In this document: one piece after another, positions 9,927 to 17,297 of the stretch
Position numbering within the stretch: the first letter of the stretch is position 1
Layout of the letters: every line of letters begins with the position of its first letter
Assembly: GCF_017876815.1 (NCBI RefSeq)
Contig: NZ_JAGIOS010000002.1
Location: 1,530,001 to 1,562,000, forward strand
Reading direction: 5' to 3'
Source: Sinorhizobium meliloti
Lineage (GTDB): Bacteria > Pseudomonadota > Alphaproteobacteria > Rhizobiales > Rhizobiaceae
Length of the DNA: 32,000 bases
Position numbers and translations under genes: made by a program
Notes under the pieces: generated by a model
What the model was told of the DNA's origin: nothing
Databases searched by the model: none
What the model saw: the letters and a program-made list of their open reading frames with translations, nothing else

Positions 9927-10783
9927 GGTCAATTCTCAAGGACCGGAACGGAAGCGGCAAGGAGGGCGCGGTGGCGGAGGCGGAAGACACGATCAATCGC
10001 AGGGCAAGGGGTCTCGACCGGGCCTTCGAGATCCTCGATTTCCTGCGTTTGCAGCGTCAACCCTTGCGCCCCAACGAAATCGCGCAAGGGATCGGCGCGC
10101 CGCGGTCGTCGATCTATGAGCTCGTCAACCTGCTCGTCCGCCAGGGGATCATCGAATATCGCGGCGATGACGGCCGCGTCTTTCTCGGGCGCAAGCTCTA
10201 TTTCCTCGGCGCGGCCTATGCCGAACAGTTCGACCTGATGCGCGAAAGCGAGCATCTTCTGGCGCGCATCGCCGAGGAGACGCGCGAGACGGCGCAGATG
10301 TGCCAGCTCGAAGGCAACAAATATGCCGTCGTTCTGATGAACGAGGGGAGCCGTCCGTTCCGCATCTCCACCAATATCGGCGAGCCCGTCGCCATTCCGT
10401 GGACCGCGTCCGGCCGTCTCCTCGTCGATCACATGAGCGACGAGGAAATACTGGCATTCATACCGCAGGAGGATTTCGTCCTGCCGGATGGCACGCGTCT
10501 CGAGCCCTCCGAATTCATCGCCCAGGTCCGCAATGCCAAGAAGGAAGGCTATTTCACCTTCAACAGCATCGTCGACAGCTTCACCCATTGCTTCGCCGTG
10601 CCGGTCTACGACGCCGAAGCGATCTGCATCGCGACGCTCTGCCTCGTTGCCCCGAAAGAGGACGGTCTGCGCAATCGAGACGCCTATCTTCGCGTGCTGA
10701 TCGAGGGAGCTGGCGAGCTTTCCGAGAAGCTTGGCTATCGCAGCGACCGGAAGGCTTCGGCACGGGCGGCTGCCGGCCGGTGA
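9923..10783 (+). CDS. IclR-family transcriptional regulator
   Basis: 286-aa ORF whose ATG overlaps the RidA stop (ATGA). It has an N-terminal wHTH (LDRAFEILDFL...LRPNEIAQGIGAPRSSIYELVNLLVRQGII) and a C-terminal IclR effector-binding domain of typical length. Confidence 0.85.
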   Translation: MRSILKDRNGSGKEGAVAEAEDTINRRARGLDRAFEILDFLRLQRQPLRPNEIAQGIGAPRSSIYELVNLLVRQGIIEYRGDDGRVFLGRKLYFLGAAYAEQFDLMRESEHLLARIAEETRETAQMCQLEGNKYAVVLMNEGSRPFRISTNIGEPVAIPWTASGRLLVDHMSDEEILAFIPQEDFVLPDGTRLEPSEFIAQVRNAKKEGYFTFNSIVDSFTHCFAVPVYDAEAICIATLCLVAPKEDGLRNRDAYLRVLIEGAGELSEKLGYRSDRKASARAAAGR

Positions 10784-10824
10784 CAGGCGCCTCCGCTTCT
10801 GGTGGTGGTAGATCGTCCTTCTCT

Positions 10825-11907
10825 CTATTCCATTCTAAGCGAGCGGCCGCTTTCCGGATCGAACAGATGCAGGGCCGTCTCGTCGAAGGTGAAGGCTTGA
10901 GCCGATCCCATTCCAACTGCCGTGCGCGGCGGCAGGCAGGCAGTGATGCGCTGGCTGCCGACCGTGGCCGTGGTCACGAGTTCCGGCCCTGTGAGTTCCA
11001 CCACCTCGACATGCGCAGTCAATCGCTGGCCCTCTGACCCGGCTGCGAGCCGCAATGCCTCCGGCCGAATGCCGACCTTCACGCGCCGTCCCGCCGAGGC
11101 GGCCCCGTTGAAGGCTGCCGGCAGGGGAAGCACCTCCTCGCAGCCCTCGAGCTTCAGGCCGCTTGCGGTCATCTCGGCATCGAGAATGTTCATCGGCGGC
11201 GAGCCGACGAAGCCGGCGACATAGAGCGTCGCGGGGCGATCGTAGACCTCTTCCGGCGTGGCGAGCTGCTCGATGCGGCCGTCGCGCATCACGGCGATGC
11301 GGCTTGCGAGCGTCATCGCCTCGATCTGGTCATGGGTCACATAGACGACCGTCGTTCTCAGCATCTGGTGCAGGCGTTTGAGTTCGGTGCGCATTTCCAT
11401 CCGGAGCTTGGCGTCGAGGTTCGACAGCGGCTCGTCGAAGAGGAACACCTGGGGGTTGCGCACCAGGGCCCTGCCGATCGCGACGCGCTGACGCTGGCCG
11501 CCGGAAAGCTGGCTCGGCTTCCGGTCGAGCAGGTTCTCGATCTGCAGCAGCCTTGCGGTATCGCGCACCGCCTTGTCGCGCTCCGCCGGCGACACCCGGC
11601 GCATTTCGAGGCCGAAGCCGATGTTTCGGGCGACGCTCAGGTTCGGATAGAGCGCATAGGACTGAAACACCATCGCGATGTCGCGGTCCTTGGGATGGAC
11701 CCCCAGGACCGAACGCTCGCCGATCAGGATGTCGCCGCTGCTCGGTTCGGCAAGCCCGGCAATGATGTTGAGCAGCGTGGACTTGCCGCAGCCGGAAGAA
11801 CCGAGCAGCACGAGGAACTCGCCGCCTTCGAGCGCGATGTCGATTCCCTTCAGCGTTTCCACTTCGCCGTAGCGCTTGTGGACGTTGCGGATTTCGAGAG
11901 CGCTCAT
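10825..11907 (-). CDS. carbohydrate ABC transporter ATP-binding protein (UgpC/MalK/MsmX-like)
   Basis: This is the real 3' part of track ORF 10825..12339. The start is the ATG at 11907 (MSALEIRNVHKRYGEVE...), overlapping the kinase stop (ATGA). It has Walker A GSSGCGKST, signature [15 protein letters not shown], Walker B VFLFDEPLSNLD and a C-terminal MalK-type TOBE domain. Confidence 0.9.
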   Translation of the reverse strand: MSALEIRNVHKRYGEVETLKGIDIALEGGEFLVLLGSSGCGKSTLLNIIAGLAEPSSGDILIGERSVLGVHPKDRDIAMVFQSYALYPNLSVARNIGFGLEMRRVSPAERDKAVRDTARLLQIENLLDRKPSQLSGGQRQRVAIGRALVRNPQVFLFDEPLSNLDAKLRMEMRTELKRLHQMLRTTVVYVTHDQIEAMTLASRIAVMRDGRIEQLATPEEVYDRPATLYVAGFVGSPPMNILDAEMTASGLKLEGCEEVLPLPAAFNGAASAGRRVKVGIRPEALRLAAGSEGQRLTAHVEVVELTGPELVTTATVGSQRITACLPPRTAVGMGSAQAFTFDETALHLFDPESGRSLRME

Positions 11908-12845
11908 CGCCTGGATTCCTCGAGGAAGGCCGAAAGGGGCTTGCCGTAGCGGCGCGGAAGGGTGGAGATCGCCTCCGAGGCGATCATGACCCCGGTCTTG
12001 AGGCAGGCTTCGAGCGGCATTTCGGCGGCGAGTGCCGCCAGGAAGCCCGCATTGAAGACGTCGCCTGCACCGATCGTGTCGACGACCTGAACCTGCGGCG
12101 CCGGCACGGAAAAAGTTCCGCCGTCCCGATCGATGGCGAGCGCTCCATGGGGCCCGCGCTTGACGACGACGATGGCATCGGCAGGCATTTCGTCCTTCAG
12201 ACTCAGCGCGGCTTCTGCCGGATCGGACAGACCCGTCAGCGTGGTCGTCTCTACCTCGTTGAAAAGGGCGCAATGACAGCGTTTCAGCCAGCCGAGCGTC
12301 CTGAGCCTGTTGGTCTCCGTCCAGCCATCGAGCGGCCACCCGGTGTCGAGTGCCACGGCGATCTCGTAGGCGTCCGCCCAGTCGAAAAGCGCGTCATAGG
12401 CAAGGGTAAGGGCATCGGTCAGGAAGGAACCGGAAAGCAGCGCATAGCCGCCTCGAAGTCGGTTGCCGTCGAGCATCGAGTGCACTTCCGGGAAGCTGAA
12501 CAGCGGCAGATGGCCGCGCGTGGTGAAGAAGGTGCGTTCGCCATCCGGGTGGGTGATGCCCACCGAAAGCGTCGTGCCGGCCGCTTCCACCGGCCAGTTA
12601 CGGGAACGCTCCCCGAAAGCCTCCTTCAGCCAGGTGCCGAACTGATCGTTGCCAACATTGGCGGCAATCACATAGTCCACGCCGAGCGAATCCCAGGCAA
12701 GAGCGTTGTTGCCGGCGCAGCCGCCGACGCGCAGTTCGTCATGGTCGACGATGGCCTCGGTGCCGGGTTTCGGCCAGGGTTCGGCCGGGCCGAGTATGAG
12801 ATCGACGTTGACGTTGCCGATGGCTGCGAGCGGACGCATCGTCAT
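11904..12845 (-). CDS. PfkB-family sugar/ketosamine kinase
   Basis: 313-aa ORF with the C-terminal PfkB signature DTIGAGDVFNAGF and an N-terminal GNVNVDLI motif. The start overlaps the stop of the SIS gene (ATGA). Confidence 0.85.
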   Translation of the reverse strand: MTMRPLAAIGNVNVDLILGPAEPWPKPGTEAIVDHDELRVGGCAGNNALAWDSLGVDYVIAANVGNDQFGTWLKEAFGERSRNWPVEAAGTTLSVGITHPDGERTFFTTRGHLPLFSFPEVHSMLDGNRLRGGYALLSGSFLTDALTLAYDALFDWADAYEIAVALDTGWPLDGWTETNRLRTLGWLKRCHCALFNEVETTTLTGLSDPAEAALSLKDEMPADAIVVVKRGPHGALAIDRDGGTFSVPAPQVQVVDTIGAGDVFNAGFLAALAAEMPLEACLKTGVMIASEAISTLPRRYGKPLSAFLEESRR

Positions 12846-13867
12846 TCGCTCCGGGTGACCTTGGTGGATCGCACCGGCGTGCCGGCGTTTTCGACGCGGG
12901 CGTCGGCAAAGGCGATCATCAGGGATTGCGCGACCGGAAGCATAGCGAGGATCGCGGCCATGCCCGCCGCCGGCTTGAAGCGGATCGTCGTGGCACCCGC
13001 GGCCGCAGGCTCGTCCGATGCGTCGAAGACGATAACCGGCGAGCGGGCTTCGGCTGCGGAGGTTGCCATGGCTCCGACGAGCTTGGCGGTCGGATCGGCG
13101 GCGCGGAACAGGACGACGCCGACAGAAGCCCCCAGCATTTCCATTGGGCCGTGGCGCAACTGCCCGCCCTCTAGCGAAAAGCAGGGAAGACGGGAGAGTT
13201 CCGTAAGCCCAAGGGCGATCGCTTCGGCGAGACCCTGCAGTTTGCGGCCGGAGGTGACGATCGCGCCGACATCGGCGAGAGCTGCAAGTGCCCCATCGAT
13301 TACCGGCGCTTCGGGATCCCTGAGGGCGCGAAGTGCGTCGGCCGAGTCGGCGCCGAGGGCGGCGAGGACCGCCAGGTGCAGCGCAAAGGTGACCGTCAGG
13401 CTGCGCGTGGCCGCAAATGCCCGCTCCCTCCCGCCTGATCCGACGAGCGAAGGCACGGCCTTGGCCAGGAATGCGTCTTCCTCGAGCGTCAGCCCGAATG
13501 TCTCGCTTGTACCGCCGTCCGTTTCGCGGAACCAGCGCAGCACTTCCGCGCTTTCGCCTGATTGCGAAGTGACGAGGATGGTCTTGCCTTCGATCGAAAG
13601 CGGCTCACCGAGTTGTTCGGAAAGCGGCACGGCGACCGCCTCGATGCCAAGGGCGCGATAGAGCGGTTCGACGGCGCGGCCGACGGCGTGCGAGCCGCCC
13701 ATGCCGAGAAGCAGAAGCCGGCCCGTCGACTTCAGCGATGCGGCGATCCGCTGCGCCGTGGCCGTCGCTCCCTCGTAGGAAGCGATCGCGTCGGCATGCT
13801 GGCGCGCCATCTCCCGGTCGATTGCAATGAGCCCCGCCGGGCGGTCCTTCGATATGCTCATGGTCAT
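12842..13867 (-). CDS. two-SIS-domain sugar-phosphate isomerase/deglycase-like protein (GlmS isomerase-domain / FrlB / NagB-II type)
   Basis: This is the real 3' part of track ORF 12842..14758. The start is the ATG at 13867 (MTMSISKDRPAGLIAIDREM...), overlapping the permease stop (ATGA). About 341 aa, with SIS motifs LLLLGMGGSHAVG and ILVTSQSGESAE. Confidence 0.8.
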   Translation of the reverse strand: MTMSISKDRPAGLIAIDREMARQHADAIASYEGATATAQRIAASLKSTGRLLLLGMGGSHAVGRAVEPLYRALGIEAVAVPLSEQLGEPLSIEGKTILVTSQSGESAEVLRWFRETDGGTSETFGLTLEEDAFLAKAVPSLVGSGGRERAFAATRSLTVTFALHLAVLAALGADSADALRALRDPEAPVIDGALAALADVGAIVTSGRKLQGLAEAIALGLTELSRLPCFSLEGGQLRHGPMEMLGASVGVVLFRAADPTAKLVGAMATSAAEARSPVIVFDASDEPAAAGATTIRFKPAAGMAAILAMLPVAQSLMIAFADARVENAGTPVRSTKVTRSE

Positions 13868-14709
13868 CCCTTGACGCCGCCGCTGGTGAGCCCGGAAATC
13901 AGGGCTCTCTGCATGATAAGGCCGATCAGCACCGGGGGCAGGGCGGCAAGGACCCCGGCGGTTGCGATCAGTCCGTAGTCGGAAACACGGCCGCCGGCGA
14001 GGTCGGCGATGGCGACCGTGAGGGTCTTGGCGCGCTGGTCGGAGGTGAAGAGCAGCGCGTAGAAGAATTCGTCCCAGGCGAGCAGGAAGGCGAAGAGCGC
14101 CGAGGTTGCCATGACAGGGGCGGCAAGCGGCAGCGTCAGTATCCTCAGGATCTGGTCCAGCCGCGCGCCGTCGATCATCGCCGCGCTCTCGATCTCCCGC
14201 GGTATCGAATCGAAGCCCGATTTCAGGAGCCAGGTCGTGAAAGGGGCGAGAATGGTGAGATAGACGAGCGCCAGGCCGAAGACGGAATTGAGCAGGCCGA
14301 AATAGGCAAGACCCATATAGAGTGGCACGGCCAGGGCGACAGGCGGCAGCATATAGGTGGCGATTACCGCGTAGAGCGACCAGGCGACGGCCGGCGTGCG
14401 CGACACGGCCCAGGCGGCCGGAACGGCGACCACCACAGCGGCAAGCGTCGCCATTCCGGCGACTTTGATGCTGTTCAGGAGCGAGGCGATGAAGGCCGCA
14501 CCGGCACTGTTCTCGATAGCCGACAAAAGGGTCCGGTACCGCGAGAGGTCGATGTCGCTCGGCCACCAGGCAAGCGGCTTGGCACTGAGGTCCGCGGCAG
14601 GCGAAATGCTCATGATCAACAGCCAGGCGACAGGCGCGAGGATGACGACGGCGAGAAGCAGGGCACTCGCATGGATGAAGACGGAGAAGAGGGGGCTTTG
14701 GCGTTCCAT
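13864..14709 (-). CDS. carbohydrate ABC transporter permease (CUT1 family, MalG-like)
   Basis: This is the real 3' part of track ORF 13864..15099. The start is the ATG at 14709 (MERQSPLFSVFIHASALLLAVVILAPVAWLL...), sharing one base with the upstream stop (TGATG). About 281 aa and polytopic. Confidence 0.85.
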   Translation of the reverse strand: MERQSPLFSVFIHASALLLAVVILAPVAWLLIMSISPAADLSAKPLAWWPSDIDLSRYRTLLSAIENSAGAAFIASLLNSIKVAGMATLAAVVVAVPAAWAVSRTPAVAWSLYAVIATYMLPPVALAVPLYMGLAYFGLLNSVFGLALVYLTILAPFTTWLLKSGFDSIPREIESAAMIDGARLDQILRILTLPLAAPVMATSALFAFLLAWDEFFYALLFTSDQRAKTLTVAIADLAGGRVSDYGLIATAGVLAALPPVLIGLIMQRALISGLTSGGVKG

Positions 14710-15590
14710 CACGAAGCTCCGGCGGCCTTTCGGAGGAGCGCCGCGTATGCGGCGGCAAGAATTGTCACGAGCAGGGTGACGATGAGTGCCAGCGACGCGC
14801 CGGAACCAGCTCGCTGGAAGGAAAACGCTTCCTGATAGACGAGGATCGAGAGCGTGCGCGTGCTGTTCGCCGGTCCGCCGCGCGTCATCACCCAGATGAT
14901 GTCGAAGACCTTGAATGCTTCGATGGTACGCAGTACCAGCGCCACCAGCAGCGGGCCGGCGAGATAGGGCATAATGACGAAGCGGAAACGGTTGAACGGA
15001 CCGGCCCCATCGACGAGCGATGCAGCAGTGATGTCGCGCGGCACGGCCTGGAGCGCGGCGAGTGCGATCAGCGCCACCAGCGGGAAGTTCTTCCAGCAAT
15101 CCGCGACGATCAGCGCGGCAAGCGCCGTTCCCGGCTCGCCGAGCCAGGAGCGATAGCTGTCAAGGAGGCCAAGCTGCGTCAGCGCGGCATTGAGCGCGCC
15201 GTATTCCGGATTGTAGATGAGGCGCCAGAGCGTCGCGTTGACCACCGTCGGCAGCGCCCACGGCAGGATCATCAATGCACGAAGCGCCGCTCGCCCGCGG
15301 AATTGCTGGTTGAGAAGGAGCGCGGCAAGGACCCCGAGCACCATTTCGGCGGCAACCGAAATGACTGCGAACCAGGTCGTGGTGACAAGTGCCCTCTGAA
15401 AATTCGATCCGCCCAGCATCTTGATGTAGTTGGCCGTTCCCACGAAACCGCCCTCGGTGCCGACGAGCTTCGCATCGGTGAAGGAGAGCCGAACGGTGTC
15501 GACCAGCGGCCAGCCGATGACGGCGGTCATCACCACGAGGAGCGGCAACATCAGAAGCCACGCGCGGGTCGAAATCCAGGTGCCGGTCAT
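14709..15590 (-). CDS. carbohydrate ABC transporter permease (CUT1 family, MalF-like)
   Basis: Frame of track ORF 14709..15635, trimmed to the ATG at 15590 (MTGTWISTRAWLLMLPLLVVMTAVIGWPLVD...). Polytopic, about 293 aa. Confidence 0.85.
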   Translation of the reverse strand: MTGTWISTRAWLLMLPLLVVMTAVIGWPLVDTVRLSFTDAKLVGTEGGFVGTANYIKMLGGSNFQRALVTTTWFAVISVAAEMVLGVLAALLLNQQFRGRAALRALMILPWALPTVVNATLWRLIYNPEYGALNAALTQLGLLDSYRSWLGEPGTALAALIVADCWKNFPLVALIALAALQAVPRDITAASLVDGAGPFNRFRFVIMPYLAGPLLVALVLRTIEAFKVFDIIWVMTRGGPANSTRTLSILVYQEAFSFQRAGSGASLALIVTLLVTILAAAYAALLRKAAGAS

Positions 15591-15644
15591 GAATGGAAAC
15601 CTCTTCTTCGGTAGCGGCCGGCAATACTCACTCAAGGATCCTCA

Positions 15645-15817
15645 TTCCTGTGCCTGTCACAGGAAACCAGCCAGCCCAAGTCCTTGGGCTGGAAAGCTCC
15701 CTTCCGCGCCGCAGACGCGGCGCTGCTGGATCCCTGTGACAAGCACAGGGATGAGGGAGGGAACGCGCCGCACCGACCAAGCGCGGGGACGCAGTGCCGG
15801 ACGGTGAGCCCGTCCGG
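15645..15817. repeat. intergenic mosaic of five consecutive stem-loops (REP/RIME-like element) between the SBP and permease genes
   Basis: Perfect stems read directly from the sequence. The five are TTCCTGTG-N5-CACAGGAA (15645-15665), CCAGCCCAAG-TC-CTTGGGCTGG (15671-15692), GCGCCGC-AGAC-GCGGCGC (15706-15723), ATCCCTGTG-N5-CACAGGGAT (15730-15752) and CCGGACGG-N5-CCGTCCGG (15797-15817). The first and fourth share the core CCTGTG-N5-CACAGG. Confidence 0.75.
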
Positions 15818-15834
15818 TACGGACCCGACCCGTC

Positions 15835-17073
15835 TTAGAGACCGCTATTCTCGGCGGCACTCTTCAAGGCATCTTCCGCAGAAGACTGGCCGAGCAGTGC
15901 TTCCTGGATCGCCTGCTGCAGGGCGGTCGAAAGCTCCTGATATTTCGGCGTCGTCGGGCGCGGATACATGGCGGCAAGTCCACGCTTGGCGGCGGCGATC
16001 AGCTCCTCCTGGCCCTTCGTCACATTCGGGTCCTCATAGGAAGAGGCCCAGATCGGGAGGCTCAGCTTGGCATAGGCGTTCTGCGTCTCCTGCGAGGTCA
16101 TATGGACGATATATTTCCAGGCCTCTTCAGGGTGCTTGCTGGTCGCGGTGATGCCGAGCCCCATGGAGCCGTTGACGGCCGAAACCTCGCTCTTGCCGGC
16201 AGCGCCCGGAGCCGGAACGACGCCGACCTTGCCGGCCACCTTGCTCTCCTTGGGATCGTTGGCGAGATTGTACATGTAGGTCCAGTTGAGCGCGAAGGCG
16301 GCTTCGCCGTTCTGGAAAACCTTCCGTACATCCTCTTCGAGGAATTCCTTCGAGTTCGGGTTGGTGAGCCCCGACGTGTAGCTCGTCACCATGTAGTTCA
16401 GCGCATCGAGCCCGCCGCCGGTCGTGAAGGCCGGCTTGCCGCCGTCGAGGAATTTGCCGCCATAGGCGCTGACCAGCGTCGTGTAGTCGCAGATCGCCGC
16501 TTCCGCCTGAGACCAGCTCCAGGCGATCGGGCTTTCGAGCAACCCCTTGTCCTTGATCGCCTTGGCCTGCTCGGCAAGTTCCTCCCAGGTCTTCGGCGGT
16601 TGCTTGATACCGGCTTTCTCAAGGATTTCCTTGTTGTAGAAGAGATACTTCGTGTCGAGGATCCACGGCATTCCGTAACGTTTGCCGTCATATTCCACGG
16701 TCGTCCATGCTCCCGGCAGGACGCCTTTGTTCATCTCGTCCGTGACGCGGTCGGTCACGTCTAGGAGAACGTTGTTGGCCGCGTATTCGGCAGGCCAGAT
16801 CACGTCGAAGAGGACGACGTCATAGCCGCCGCCGGAACCCTGGGCGAGCACCGTCTTGTCGTGCAGTCCCTCATAGGGAACGAATTCGAGATTGACCTTG
16901 ATGTCCGGGTTGGCCTTGGCGAAAGCATCCGTCATAGCGCGGACATCGGCCTCGCTATAGGCGGCCTGCGCCATGAACAGCGCATTCAGCGTCGTTTCAG
17001 CCTGAGCATGACCGGTGAAGCCGGCCCCGATGAGCGTCGCGCCGATCAAAGCGTTGCGGGTGGATTTCAACAT
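15835..17073 (-). CDS. carbohydrate ABC transporter substrate-binding protein (CUT1 family)
   Basis: Frame of track ORF 15835..17172, trimmed to the ATG at 17073, which is preceded by GGAGGCGACA. It has the signal peptide MLKSTRNALIGATLIGAGFTGHAQA|ETT and a family-1 extracellular SBP-like body of about 412 aa. Confidence 0.9.
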   Translation of the reverse strand: MLKSTRNALIGATLIGAGFTGHAQAETTLNALFMAQAAYSEADVRAMTDAFAKANPDIKVNLEFVPYEGLHDKTVLAQGSGGGYDVVLFDVIWPAEYAANNVLLDVTDRVTDEMNKGVLPGAWTTVEYDGKRYGMPWILDTKYLFYNKEILEKAGIKQPPKTWEELAEQAKAIKDKGLLESPIAWSWSQAEAAICDYTTLVSAYGGKFLDGGKPAFTTGGGLDALNYMVTSYTSGLTNPNSKEFLEEDVRKVFQNGEAAFALNWTYMYNLANDPKESKVAGKVGVVPAPGAAGKSEVSAVNGSMGLGITATSKHPEEAWKYIVHMTSQETQNAYAKLSLPIWASSYEDPNVTKGQEELIAAAKRGLAAMYPRPTTPKYQELSTALQQAIQEALLGQSSAEDALKSAAENSGL

Positions 17074-17235
17074 TGTCGCCTCCAGTAGCTGACCGTTGCA
17101 GTCTTCGCGGCGCGCCTGGCGCGCGCCGAACAGGAATTCCGCCGCTTCTCGCGGCCGCCTTCGACAAATCAAACCGGAGCGTTCGCGGGCATTTTCGGGC
17201 CGCTTTCGTTCCCCCGAGGTTCTTCGACCTCTTAT

Positions 17236-17256
17236 TAAGTCAATTGTCTTGACTTA
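17236..17256. promoter_or_regulatory. candidate operator: perfect 8-bp inverted repeat TAAGTCAA-N5-TTGACTTA in the divergent SBP/ROK promoter region
   Basis: TAAGTCAA (17236-17243) and TTGACTTA (17249-17256) are exact reverse complements. The repeat is AT-rich and lies 42 nt upstream of the ROK start and about 165 nt upstream of the SBP start. Confidence 0.45.
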
Positions 17257-17297
17257 TTTCTTGTTCAATAGTCCAGATGTGTCAAGAGGGTTTGTTC

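Noticed and set aside
12842-14758. Very long N-terminal extensions in the ORF track: 638 aa for the SIS gene, 504 aa at 10825..12339, 487 aa at 8043..9506, 432 aa at 7426..8724 and 411 aa at 13864..15099
   Set aside because: The extensions run through the upstream neighbouring genes in another frame and translate to Arg/Pro/Ala-rich sequence without motifs. Each gene has an internal ATG that overlaps the upstream stop (ATGA or TGATG) or starts within about 15 nt after it, and that yields a canonical family N-terminus. I trimmed the CDSs accordingly.
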